From a virus (taxonomy: Duplodnaviria > Caudoviricetes), in IMG/VR virus record IMGVR_UViG_3300006133_000005, positions 13,740 through 77,739 of that record: a stretch of DNA of 64,000 nucleotides; one strand, given 5' to 3'. The notes under the pieces were generated by a model. The model saw only the letters and a program-made list of their open reading frames with translations. It was not told the origin of the DNA and did no database searches. Each line of letters opens with the position of its first letter. Position 1 is the first letter of the stretch. Shown piece by piece: positions 1-8,987 of the stretch. A program made the translations under genes and the position numbers.

Positions 1-595
1 CAAGGTCTTTTGCAACTGGACTAAAGTACTCTCCCTGTGAACGGTAATAAAAAACGGGACTCACAAGAATTTTTGCAGGAGTAGGGTATGTTTTAAGGAC
101 CTGTTTCATAAAGTCATAGTCATGTCTATTTCCTATAACGAATTTTACTTCGTCCCTCTGCTTTAACACCATAAGGTTTTCATAAATGTTTCTGTGAGAA
201 ACACCACTTGTAGGACATTTAATGTCCATTATAAATTTCAGCTTAGAGGGGTAGTAAAGGTCGGTAGGGATTTTAGTACAACCATTCGTCTCAATGGATA
301 CGTTACAGTCATAGTCCGAGATAAATTCAAGTGCAAGCTGATAGACCGCTTCCTGCTGAATAAGTGGTTCACCACCAGTGATACAAATATTCTTGCAACC
401 ATACTTAACAACTTCTTGAACTAAATGCTCAACTGATATTTTATGTCTGTCCTTTTTAGTCTGGGGTTGGTCGCAGTAAGTACACGTCATATTGCAACCA
501 TATAGTCTTATAAAAACACAAGGCAGTCCTGCACCTGTGCTTTCACCTTGTATACTTAAAAATACCTCATGGTAATAAAGAATACCCTCTGACAT
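1..595 (-). CDS. queE: 7-carboxy-7-deazaguanine synthase QueE (radical SAM); runs off the left edge, absent from the ORF track
   Basis: Manual translation from ATG at 595: MSEGILYYHEVFLSIQGESTGAGLPCVFIRLYGCNMTCTYCD...ITGGEPL...SIETNG. Has the radical-SAM CxxxCxxC and the QueE SIQGE/TGGEP/IETNG motifs; adjacent to queD. Confidence 0.93.
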   Translation of the reverse strand, partial: MSEGILYYHEVFLSIQGESTGAGLPCVFIRLYGCNMTCTYCDQPQTKKDRHKISVEHLVQEVVKYGCKNICITGGEPLIQQEAVYQLALEFISDYDCNVSIETNGCTKIPTDLYYPSKLKFIMDIKCPTSGVSHRNIYENLMVLKQRDEVKFVIGNRHDYDFMKQVLKTYPTPAKILVSPVFYYRSQGEYFSPVAKDL

Positions 596-597
596 AT

Positions 598-1002
598 TTA
601 TTCACCTCGATATTCAGCATAGCTATCTTCTGTCTCCCACAACTTGACGGAGTACACCTTATAGTCACTGTTAGGGAGAATGTCCTCAGACAGCATATCA
701 TATATATGCACCGTCATTACTTCTGCTGTAGGTTGTGAAAAAAAGCTATTAAGATTAGAGTGGTCGTAAATATCGAGAATTTTATGCTTTACTCTCCTCT
801 TAATATCACTAAAGTCGCACACCATAGCTTCTGTTGCAAGAGTTTCACTATTTATGGTGTTTGGGTCGATATTTCCTACAAATGTAACTTCGAGCTTGTA
901 ACTGTGCCCATGTAACTGAGAACACTTCCCCTCATAGTTATTGAGACGGTGACAAGCTTCAAATGTCATTCTTTTTGTTACATACACTTTTCTTTCTGCC
1001 AT
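598..1002 (-). CDS. queD: 6-carboxy-5,6,7,8-tetrahydropterin synthase QueD
   Basis: FEACHRL...CSQLHGHSYKLEV, PTAE and LWETEDSYAEY motifs of the QueD/PTPS family. Confidence 0.95.
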   Translation of the reverse strand: MAERKVYVTKRMTFEACHRLNNYEGKCSQLHGHSYKLEVTFVGNIDPNTINSETLATEAMVCDFSDIKRRVKHKILDIYDHSNLNSFFSQPTAEVMTVHIYDMLSEDILPNSDYKVYSVKLWETEDSYAEYRGE

Positions 1003-1018
1003 AATATTTCTCCTTTAA

Positions 1019-1291
1019 TTACTGAATAACAAGATAAGCAACCATAACAGTTCTCTCTACCTCATCTTCTTTGATTTCATCAAATCCTGGCTTGATATAG
1101 AGGTCATGACCCTTAGTAGCTAAAATACCTCTTGCACTTGCAATAGCTTTGTACATTTGGTTTACTGCACTCGCACCCACACCTCTTACTTCTACATCAC
1201 AACCCTCTTCAATACTGACAACAATACTGCCAGATAACTGAGGGACGGGGGACTTAGAAGACACCTTAATTACTTTCCTTTTAGAGTTCAT
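1019..1291 (-). CDS. spoVS: Stage V sporulation protein S homolog
   Basis: IKVSSKS..., GVGASAVNQMYKAIASARG, PGFDEI...ERT match the SpoVS pattern (KVS.KS, AIGAGALNQAVKA.AIARG, PAF..I.....ERT). Start moved to ATG 1291, which follows an AAGGAG RBS (track start 1318). Confidence 0.88.
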   Translation of the reverse strand: MNSKRKVIKVSSKSPVPQLSGSIVVSIEEGCDVEVRGVGASAVNQMYKAIASARGILATKGHDLYIKPGFDEIKEDEVERTVMVAYLVIQ

Positions 1292-1703
1292 TATCTTCTC
1301 CTTTCTGGTAACTTTCATAATTATTTCTGTAGTTACCTATTACTTTAGCTACAACAGCATCACTCTTAAAAAGACCGTGCTGTCTGCTATCATAGCTTAC
1401 TAATGTGTTATCACCTCTAAAGTCATAAAGAACGCCGTCGTTATGTGGATATATGTCCTTTAGTCTTTTTACAATGAAATAGGGACTTCCGTCTTCTTCA
1501 TCTCTTAAGTGGATAACGTATATTTTACCTTTCTTGCACTTACTTCTGTTGAAATGAAACAGTCTTCTGCACCAAAGTAATCTCCCCTCTCGGAAAGTCG
1601 GGAACATGGAATCACCCTTGACTTTCACGATAGGGAATAAAAAAATTAGGGGGAAAACTGTTGTCACGACAACAAGAATAGTTATGACAACCTTAAATAA
1701 CAT
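1281..1703 (-). CDS. lepB: Signal peptidase I (S26 family)
   Basis: N-terminal TM helix, box B GDSMFPT (catalytic Ser), box D IVKR (catalytic Lys), box E GDN...SYDSR. Confidence 0.9.
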   Translation of the reverse strand: MLFKVVITILVVVTTVFPLIFLFPIVKVKGDSMFPTFREGRLLWCRRLFHFNRSKCKKGKIYVIHLRDEEDGSPYFIVKRLKDIYPHNDGVLYDFRGDNTLVSYDSRQHGLFKSDAVVAKVIGNYRNNYESYQKGEDNEL

Positions 1704-1706
1704 AAT

Positions 1707-2159
1707 TTAATTACAGCCTTTCTCCAACAAAATTTTTGAACTATCTGCACATTCAAAGAAGTCCTCTAACTTCATTACTATGTAATCTTGTGAGCTGTTA
1801 TGCTTGTGCATAATAACACAAGGTTTCTTATCCTTTGGACAATCACTTTCAGCTTGTCTAAGCCATGTAGGTAAAGACCACGTTTGAGCATTTTTGCATT
1901 CAACATGAAGCATTAAATCGACGTCCTTATCAGCTGATACAATGTCACCTCTGAACTCATCAGCTTTAACAGACTTCTTTGCAAATCCTCCGCTTTGCGG
2001 TGTGCGTACAAGGTCAATACCAAAGAACTCCTTAAACTTCTTTGCTACTGTTCGTTCAAAGCTTGCTCCCTTATTACGACTTCTTTTACCTCTTTTTCTG
2101 TTCTGTTCTTTAATTTCCTCTTTTGTGGGAGTGTTAGGTAATTTCTTCTTTAATTTCAT
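1707..2159 (-). CDS. Holliday junction resolvase-like PD-(D/E)xK nuclease
   Basis: KGASFER...RTPQSGG...GDI...VECKN pattern of phage Hjc-like resolvases. Confidence 0.75.
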   Translation of the reverse strand: MKLKKKLPNTPTKEEIKEQNRKRGKRSRNKGASFERTVAKKFKEFFGIDLVRTPQSGGFAKKSVKADEFRGDIVSADKDVDLMLHVECKNAQTWSLPTWLRQAESDCPKDKKPCVIMHKHNSSQDYIVMKLEDFFECADSSKILLEKGCN

Positions 2160-2182
2160 CTTTATTACTCCTTATAAAAATA

Positions 2183-2217
2183 GTTACAGGTCTGCTTTTT
2201 CGCTAACCTGTAACTAT
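2183..2217 (-). terminator. Intrinsic terminator-like hairpin
   Basis: AGTTACAGGT/ACCTGTAACT inverted repeat followed by a T-run on the minus strand. Confidence 0.55.
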
Positions 2218-2250
2218 TGTACCACATTCACAAATAAAAAGCAACAGGAA

Positions 2251-3195
2251 TTATATTTTATTATATTCCTTGTACTTCTGTAATGCTATATCTGCAACTC
2301 TTTTCATGTTAGGATGTGGACTTCCAGTTGTACCACGAGAACGAAGATTAAAGAAGTGTTGCCATTCTTCGTCATTTGCTGTCATGACAATCTGTGCTTT
2401 AGTATCTACTGGGAGAACACCTCTTGCAAGCTGTGGCTTAAGACCTTGTTTCGTGAGAAATAAATAAGTCATTTCCGCAAATTCAAGTAGTTTTGTGTAT
2501 GAGCATTTCTGAGCTTCATTCCATTCATCAAAAGTAGCTGGAGTGATAAACTCAATCTGATTTTCAAACTTGTCTTTACTGTAGTTACAATACCTTGTAC
2601 TCTCTTGTGAATAGCTTGCAGGTCTGTGTCTTACCATTTCATGAGTAACACCACGGTCTGTAATAAAGGATATTGTAGTGTAAAGGTGTTTACTAACCTC
2701 CTTTTTAGTAGGACTAAGGTCAAAAAATTCCTCTCTGGATAGAAGCTTAAATGACGGACAGTGTACCTCTTCGTCATACTCATTGCTGTCTTTATCAAGA
2801 TTAAAATAACCCGAAAACTGAGGGTAAACTTTTTCAAGACATACCATTAAGCTAACAACTCCGCTTTCTTTAATAGCTCGGAGGTTTCCTGAGACTAAAA
2901 TTCTGCTTGTATGCTTACCACCCTCACTTAAGAAATCGACCTGTGTGCAGTTAATATACTTTTTCTTAAAAACTGAGGAGGTAGCACAAGGAATATTAGT
3001 AATAGCCTCAAAGATAAAAGTTGCGTGTTCGAGAACAGAATGATGTCCACTTTTAACAAGTCCATTAAAGAACTTCTCAGCCGTTTCGGGTATAAGCTCA
3101 CTATTAGACTTGTAACACACTCTTCCAATTTTCTCAATGTGTATAAAAGGGTCACTCATAGAAATGACCTCAGCACTTGAATGTGTAAACTTCAT
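2251..3195 (-). CDS. thyX: FAD-dependent thymidylate synthase ThyX
   Basis: GHHSVLEH, THEMVRHR-x-x-SYSQESTRY and ARGVLP motifs. Confidence 0.95.
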   Translation of the reverse strand: MKFTHSSAEVISMSDPFIHIEKIGRVCYKSNSELIPETAEKFFNGLVKSGHHSVLEHATFIFEAITNIPCATSSVFKKKYINCTQVDFLSEGGKHTSRILVSGNLRAIKESGVVSLMVCLEKVYPQFSGYFNLDKDSNEYDEEVHCPSFKLLSREEFFDLSPTKKEVSKHLYTTISFITDRGVTHEMVRHRPASYSQESTRYCNYSKDKFENQIEFITPATFDEWNEAQKCSYTKLLEFAEMTYLFLTKQGLKPQLARGVLPVDTKAQIVMTANDEEWQHFFNLRSRGTTGSPHPNMKRVADIALQKYKEYNKI

Positions 3196-3211
3196 TCTTT
3201 ACCTCCATTTG

Positions 3212-3769
3212 TTACTTCCTTTCATTCTCGCTATCAAGGTTAATTAAAGAACCTGTAGCTCCTGTTTGACTCTGATACTTTCCACTGTAAGGAACTTTGC
3301 AGTCACTACTCATTTTACAGAATACAAGTTGTGCAACCCTTGTAAGGGGTTTTAGTAGTATCGGGACTTCACTTGCATTAAACAGTTCAAGGGTAATCTG
3401 TCCCTCAAATCCCGGGTCAACCCAACCTGCATTCTGAACAAACAAACCCATTCGTCCTATTGAAGAGCGTCCCTCAACAAAGGCGGTGAAGTTGTTAGGA
3501 AGTTTTAAATACTCAACCGTAGTAGCTAAGATAAACTCATGAGGTTGTATAATGTACTCTCCTGAGAACTTTTCATACTCAACAGGCATATTAAAAGCGT
3601 TGTAGTTATCTGAATCCCCATAAAGTACACTTGTACTCGGTTTAAGAAATGTGTTTCCAAGTCTAACGTCTACACTTGCAGGTTGTATTCCGTTGTCAGA
3701 AACAGGGTAAACAAGGGGACTATCTTCAACCTCTATAAGAGCTTTTAACTCTTTGTCATTTAAAATCAT
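3212..3769 (-). CDS. dcd: dCTP deaminase
   Basis: IQPASVDVRLG and EGRSSIGRMGL...AGWVDPGFEGQITLE motifs. Confidence 0.93.
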   Translation of the reverse strand: MILNDKELKALIEVEDSPLVYPVSDNGIQPASVDVRLGNTFLKPSTSVLYGDSDNYNAFNMPVEYEKFSGEYIIQPHEFILATTVEYLKLPNNFTAFVEGRSSIGRMGLFVQNAGWVDPGFEGQITLELFNASEVPILLKPLTRVAQLVFCKMSSDCKVPYSGKYQSQTGATGSLINLDSENERK

Positions 3770-3930
3770 TATTTCACCTCCTTTAATGGTTTTAATTTTT
3801 CAGACTGCTTTTGTCTTAAATAAATTCCAGCATTACCTAAAACACAATATGTGCATAAAGTACCTGTTACTTCGCACATTGTTAAAGAGGGTTTGTTTCC
3901 CTCATTCACAATTTTTGCATATTCGCACAC
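3769..3930 (-). CDS. Small Cys-rich hypothetical protein (53 aa), below the ORF-track cutoff
   Basis: GGAGG RBS, then GTG; MCEYAKIV...MCEVTGTLCTYC...; the stop overlaps the dcd start (TAATG). Confidence 0.6.
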   Translation of the reverse strand: MCEYAKIVNEGNKPSLTMCEVTGTLCTYCVLGNAGIYLRQKQSEKLKPLKEVK

Positions 3931-3943
3931 TATATTGACCTCC

Positions 3944-5371
3944 TTAATTTAGTATGATAACTTTCTTTTTTGCTCTTGTAATTCCTACATACATGACTTT
4001 TCTTTCCTCGTCATTCTTTCGATAAAAAGGGACTACAACAGGGAAGTTTCCATACATGATAACATTATCAACTTCAAGTCCCTTTGAGGTGTGTACAGTT
4101 AGAACCTTTACTCTATTAGAGTTCATCTCTCTATTAAGCTCTGCAAGAGTCATTCCCTCACGTTTAAAAGAGGTGTAAGGAATATTAAGCTGTCGTAGCA
4201 TATCAGCAACCTCATAAAGCTCTTTATTTGTACGGACAAGCAAGAACCACTCTTTGTATGACGTTTCATTCTTAAGAGAGTTAAGTGTTTCACCTATACT
4301 TCTCTTAGAGCGAATATCATACTCACCTGAGTAAGTCATGATAGGATTTATGTCTTTATCAATTCTGTTGTCCACCTGTCTTATCACACTATCAGCAAGT
4401 TTAACAATGTCAGTACCGTTTCTGTAGTTATTAGTTAGGTAATAAGTTTGAAAGCTTGAGTCATTAGCAAGGGACTTAAAGATATTTACATTTCCTCCTT
4501 TAAATCCATAAATACTCTGGTAATCGTCACCTACAAAGAAATAATTATCAGAATTAAGAGACTTAATGAAGTTATATTCGAGTGTTCCTACATCTTGAAA
4601 CTCGTCCACAAACACATATTCAATATGTGCATTGAGCTTTTCAAAGTACGCTTTAGCCTTTATTAAAAGCTCGTCAAAGGTTATAATACCTCTTTTCTTG
4701 CATAATGTTTTGATGCTTTCACCAAAAGTGGCATGAGTTCCACTTTTAATGTCATCATATACTACTTGACAAGGGAGATGTAACAGATTGAAGTCCGCTT
4801 CTTCAGAGGGTATTAAAAACCCTTGTAGTAATCTTTCATCTGCTCTACCCATGTCTATTTGAGACTGTAAGTTCTTATAATCAAGGTATCTATCAATGGT
4901 TAAGTGGTTACAGTACTTAGTAATAAGCTCCCTGTGTAACTGTATGTCAAGCTCATCATTAAACAGTGAGTACTTCTCTCCACTTTCTTTCATAATACGG
5001 TTTGCAAAGGAATGAATAGTACCTATAAAGCAGTCTCCTGCTTTTGGTACGTCACTTAACCTTAGCTTCATTTCTTCTGCCGCCATGTTAGTGAAAGTGA
5101 TAGCAACAACGTTGTGCGGAGGTACATTTAATTCCTCAATTAAGTACCTAACACGCTCTGTAAGAGTTCTTGTTTTACCTGACCCTGCTCCTGCTATAAC
5201 AAGAATGTTGTTTGCTGTACTGTGCACAATAGCTTCCTGCTGACTATCAAGAGTGATTTTCTGAGGAACAGGAATTTCACTAAGTTCCTCAACTGTACTT
5301 CCTCTTTCCTGACTTTTGAACATAGTCTTACCTGAGGGTTTATTATTGAACCCTCTTGAAAATAAACTCAT
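3944..5371 (-). CDS. UvrD/PcrA-family SF1 helicase
   Basis: AGAGSGKT, AITFTN, FVDEFQD, VGDDYQSIYGF, LTNNYR, TVHTSKGLE, YVGITRAK. Confidence 0.93.
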   Translation of the reverse strand: MSLFSRGFNNKPSGKTMFKSQERGSTVEELSEIPVPQKITLDSQQEAIVHSTANNILVIAGAGSGKTRTLTERVRYLIEELNVPPHNVVAITFTNMAAEEMKLRLSDVPKAGDCFIGTIHSFANRIMKESGEKYSLFNDELDIQLHRELITKYCNHLTIDRYLDYKNLQSQIDMGRADERLLQGFLIPSEEADFNLLHLPCQVVYDDIKSGTHATFGESIKTLCKKRGIITFDELLIKAKAYFEKLNAHIEYVFVDEFQDVGTLEYNFIKSLNSDNYFFVGDDYQSIYGFKGGNVNIFKSLANDSSFQTYYLTNNYRNGTDIVKLADSVIRQVDNRIDKDINPIMTYSGEYDIRSKRSIGETLNSLKNETSYKEWFLLVRTNKELYEVADMLRQLNIPYTSFKREGMTLAELNREMNSNRVKVLTVHTSKGLEVDNVIMYGNFPVVVPFYRKNDEERKVMYVGITRAKKKVIILN

Positions 5372-5419
5372 AGTTGTTACTCCTTTATTACAGCTTTATA
5401 GTGAAATTATTTTCACTCA

Positions 5420-5959
5420 TTAGTTTTTACCTACATTGTAATTTCTGTTTTCATCATCAAAATCAGACGTTCTTCTTGATACTTCCCTGCTCAAAAGGAA
5501 TATAGCATCTTCAATATTGGCTATGTTGTAAGTCAACAAGTCTCTTTTCTTACACCAGTCAACGTATTCATAATAATGAGGTTTCACATCTGGCTCTGAA
5601 TTTATAAGACGTTCCTTGGCAGTCTCAGAAAGCTTACTGCTGGATAGAGCTTTATATACCTTTTCACTTGAAACAACATAATTCCGCTTGGCATTTTCAA
5701 GTTCTATATCAACCCTACCTAATAGTGTTCTAAGATAAAGCTTCTGCTGTGTAAAAGCATTAAGAAACTCGCCCAATTCTCTTGAAGTAACCCCTGTAAT
5801 CTGTGCAGGAAGCATTAAAAAATCTTCATTTATATTTAAATTCTTTCCTGCTTCAAAGAATACTACACCCCGAGTTTCAAGGTTATCTTCAAGGTTGTTT
5901 AAGTATGTCTTGTGTAATTCTCTTGGGTTCATTTTCTTTCCACTCTTAATCTGTTTCAT
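5420..5959 (-). CDS. Hypothetical helical protein, possibly a UvsY-like recombination mediator
   Basis: All-alpha character and position in the recA/nuclease cluster; the function is an inference. Confidence 0.35.
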   Translation of the reverse strand: MKQIKSGKKMNPRELHKTYLNNLEDNLETRGVVFFEAGKNLNINEDFLMLPAQITGVTSRELGEFLNAFTQQKLYLRTLLGRVDIELENAKRNYVVSSEKVYKALSSSKLSETAKERLINSEPDVKPHYYEYVDWCKKRDLLTYNIANIEDAIFLLSREVSRRTSDFDDENRNYNVGKN

Positions 5960-5976
5960 TTAATCACCTCACTGTG

Positions 5977-6876
5977 TTAGTTCCAACACTCAGTCTTGTA
6001 AGAACACCAACGGCACATATTGTCATTTTTAGTGCTACCCTGTCTCGGAGGAATAGTACCATTCTCTATTGAGGAGTTCAGCTCCTTAAACTCATTTAAA
6101 ATCTCTTCCATAAGTATAATGGAGTTAGATTCTGTAGAGGTAACACAGTACTCTTTTAAGTCCTGGGTGTCTTTATTTTCATAGAGGAATACTACCTTTG
6201 TTATAGGTTTCTCACAATTAAACAGAAGTGTGTCCCTCTGCTTACAAAGCTGTACTTGAAGTCTTATTTTATCTTTCTTTGAGTATTTATTTCCGCTTTT
6301 GAGATAACTGTACAACTTGTGATAGGTCATAGACCTTGAAGTACTTGACTTTTCAAACTCCTCAGCATTATTGTATTTTTCCCTTAAGTACTTTCTGTAC
6401 TCCTCTAAACAATAGATGTATACAAGTCCTTGTTTTTTATGCTCAGGCTTTTCAGACTTAAGCTCGGAAAATCCCCTCGAATTGATAGACTTTATTTCAA
6501 GAACACCTAATTCGCTATTTTTAAGGTCAAGAATACCGTCTGTATGTCCTTGGATATTAAACTCTGCATTGTACAGAGGTACTTCGTCCATAAGTAACAT
6601 TCCCATAGTCTTAAGGTAGTTTTGAAGTCTCTCATGAACTCCTGTACCGTTATCGAATATTCTTCTTGTTCTTGCATCAATAGAATATGGGTCACAGGGA
6701 GTATTTGTCCGTGTGTAGTATCTTGACCTTAAGCACTGACCTACTGCTGACGGAGCATTAACATTTATTGCTCTGTCTCCGTCTTTAGCACTAAGACTTA
6801 AAAGGTACATTTCAAGAGGTTTTACTACATACCCCTCTTTTTTCATTGACGAAAATATCTTATTTAGACTCATCAT
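5977..6876 (-). CDS. Cas4/RecB-like PD-(D/E)xK exonuclease
   Basis: PSAVGQC (first Fe-S Cys), GTGVH, GHTDG, LEIKS, and C-terminal CRWCSYKTEC. Confidence 0.85.
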   Translation of the reverse strand: MMSLNKIFSSMKKEGYVVKPLEMYLLSLSAKDGDRAINVNAPSAVGQCLRSRYYTRTNTPCDPYSIDARTRRIFDNGTGVHERLQNYLKTMGMLLMDEVPLYNAEFNIQGHTDGILDLKNSELGVLEIKSINSRGFSELKSEKPEHKKQGLVYIYCLEEYRKYLREKYNNAEEFEKSSTSRSMTYHKLYSYLKSGNKYSKKDKIRLQVQLCKQRDTLLFNCEKPITKVVFLYENKDTQDLKEYCVTSTESNSIILMEEILNEFKELNSSIENGTIPPRQGSTKNDNMCRWCSYKTECWN

Positions 6877-6912
6877 CTTTTCCTTTCATGTTTAGTATTA
6901 TCTTCTGAATAT

Positions 6913-6941
6913 ATTATAATGTGTTCCATAAATAAAGTAAA
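6913..6941 (-). promoter_or_regulatory. Sigma-A-type promoter
   Basis: TTTACT-17-TATAAT. Confidence 0.55.
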
Positions 6942-6946
6942 ACGAC

Positions 6947-7402
6947 CTAATTGTAAGTCCTAAATACTTCATCAAGAAAGGTGTCCCAATCTATTACAGA
7001 TAAGTCATAACACTTGTCACCCTTGCTTATGAGGTGTCTCTGTTCGTGTTGAACCCTAAATGATAAAGACTTATTATGCAGTTCAGCTAATTCGATAGTA
7101 AGCTCTTTAGGAATATCCTTAGAACACATAACTGCAAATCTCTTTCCGCCATTTTCAAGGTCAATACACATGACAGGAATACGTAAACCGTCTTTTATAG
7201 CTTCTCTGTATATCTTGTCCCATGTATTAAAAGTCAGAGAGTAAAATTTATCACCTGTGGTCTTACACTCGACTAAGAATGCATCATTTCTTACATCACC
7301 TTTTGCTCCCCATAAAGCTCCGCTTGCAGGAGTAACTCTACCTGACAATTCTTTTGCTACTTTATCCTCCTGTTTTTTTGAACTTCTTTTTCTTATGTCC
7401 AT
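6947..7402 (-). CDS. PD-(D/E)xK nuclease / second resolvase-like protein
   Basis: QEDKVA...TPASGA...KGDV...LVECKTT. Confidence 0.7.
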   Translation of the reverse strand: MDIRKRSSKKQEDKVAKELSGRVTPASGALWGAKGDVRNDAFLVECKTTGDKFYSLTFNTWDKIYREAIKDGLRIPVMCIDLENGGKRFAVMCSKDIPKELTIELAELHNKSLSFRVQHEQRHLISKGDKCYDLSVIDWDTFLDEVFRTYN

Positions 7403-7658
7403 TCAAACTCACTCCTTTTTTAAAGGTAGTTGCACCACTTCTCTTGTTTAACTTCCACCTATTGCAATAAATGTTAGTAGCTGTAACTACCATGTCATAC
7501 TTAAGAACATTGGGATTCTGGCATACTTCCTCTTTGTCACCAAAATCTTGATAAAAGTACTCGCAGTTATAACAAGACATAGTGTACTTAGACCCTTTAG
7601 AAAGCTTTTCTCTAACAGGGTCATAACCTCTGGTAAATTTCATTTCTTGTCTCACCAC
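7362..7658 (-). CDS. Hypothetical Cys-containing (Zn-binding?) protein
   Basis: CYNC...C...C pattern and basic C-terminus; tightly packed between neighbouring genes. Confidence 0.55.
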   Translation of the reverse strand: MVRQEMKFTRGYDPVREKLSKGSKYTMSCYNCEYFYQDFGDKEEVCQNPNVLKYDMVVTATNIYCNRWKLNKRSGATTFKKGVSLNGHKKKKFKKTGG

Positions 7659-7668
7659 TCATTACTTA

Positions 7669-8760
7669 TCACTTAACCTTTGTTGCAAGGTCAATGACTT
7701 GCTTTTTAATTTCTTCTACCATTTCATGCTTGTCTTTAAAGTCTAAGATAAGAGCATCAAGTCCCTGATACTTACTGTCTTTATAATAGAACCAAGCGCC
7801 ACGTCTTTCAATAACTCCCCATTCTACTGCAAGCACGACTATTTCCTTGAAATTATCATTATAGAGTCTTCTAACACCTGCATTATTATCCGTAAAATAA
7901 AAATCAAATTCACCACTCTGCATACGCTTATAGGTCTTATTCTTCTCTATCTTAAACTTAACTACCTGACCTACTACTGCTTTATTATCTCCCTTTCCCT
8001 CTGTTATCCAGTCACCACGTCTAAAACGGAGGTTCACAGAGCTAAAGAACTTCTTTGCATTTCCTCCGGGAGTGTACTCAGGGTCACCGTATGCACCAAT
8101 CTTCTCTCTAAGCTGATTGATACCAATGAGAGTAAATGGCGTTTTACCCTCTCTTTCAAGTCGGTTGTTATTAGCTTGCCACTTTCTTAAGAACTCACCA
8201 AGTAACTGCTGTGGTATACCCATACGAACTGTCTCGTCCATTTTACTTTCAGCTTCTTTATTAGGGGTCATTGATGCAATACTGTCAATTACACCAAAAG
8301 TAACTTCTCCGCTACGCTGTAGCTGTAACATTGCTTCTGTGGCTTCTTCCATACTGTCAGGTCGGGAATAAATAAGGCAATCTACGTCCACACCAATCTG
8401 CTTAAAATACTCCATATCTGATGTTCCCTCAACATCAAAAAATGCTACCACATAACCAAGCTTTTGTGCTTCCCTGATAATGTGACAAGTCTGTGTTGTC
8501 TTTGTGGAACTCTCATTACCTGAGATTTCAATAAAACGCCCCTCTGGAATACCGCCTCCAAGAGCAATATCAAGAGTAGTGCTTCCTGTTGGTATTCTCT
8601 TAATAGTCATTTGCTCTTCTGACACACCAACTCTTACAGTGTTATCACCGAACTTTTTGTTAAGGTCATTTATAACTTTTAATACTTCTGGTGATAGCTG
8701 TTTCTTTTTGGCTTTCTCAACCGCTGTAGCAGTAGACTTCTTATTAGCAATCTTCGGCAT
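7669..8760 (-). CDS. recA: RecA recombinase
   Basis: IPTGSTTLDIALGGGIPEGRFIEISG...KTT, IDSIA, INQLREKIG, TPGGNAKKFFSS, KNK. Confidence 0.96.
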   Translation of the reverse strand: MPKIANKKSTATAVEKAKKKQLSPEVLKVINDLNKKFGDNTVRVGVSEEQMTIKRIPTGSTTLDIALGGGIPEGRFIEISGNESSTKTTQTCHIIREAQKLGYVVAFFDVEGTSDMEYFKQIGVDVDCLIYSRPDSMEEATEAMLQLQRSGEVTFGVIDSIASMTPNKEAESKMDETVRMGIPQQLLGEFLRKWQANNNRLEREGKTPFTLIGINQLREKIGAYGDPEYTPGGNAKKFFSSVNLRFRRGDWITEGKGDNKAVVGQVVKFKIEKNKTYKRMQSGEFDFYFTDNNAGVRRLYNDNFKEIVVLAVEWGVIERRGAWFYYKDSKYQGLDALILDFKDKHEMVEEIKKQVIDLATKVK

Positions 8761-8950
8761 TTTCTTTTTCCTCCATAATCATATCCCTTACTTCAAAGTC
8801 ACCGTCATTTTCAAGCTGATTAATAATAGCTCTGGTGTAAAATTCAGTAAGATTTTCTCCTCTGCTCTTTGCATGGGATTGAACTCTATCCATAAGGCTT
8901 GGGTCAGCCATTATGGTTATTGTAGTTTTTGCGAACATATTTACCTCCAA
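8744..8950 (-). CDS. Ribbon-helix-helix-like small DNA-binding protein
   Basis: Alternating beta strand KTTITI, then helix-helix (DPSLMDRVQSHAKSRGENLTEFYTRAI); first gene after a promoter. Confidence 0.55.
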   Translation of the reverse strand: MEVNMFAKTTITIMADPSLMDRVQSHAKSRGENLTEFYTRAIINQLENDGDFEVRDMIMEEKENAEDC

Positions 8951-8987
8951 TTTTCATAATTCATAAACATTAAGAGTTTGTATGTTT

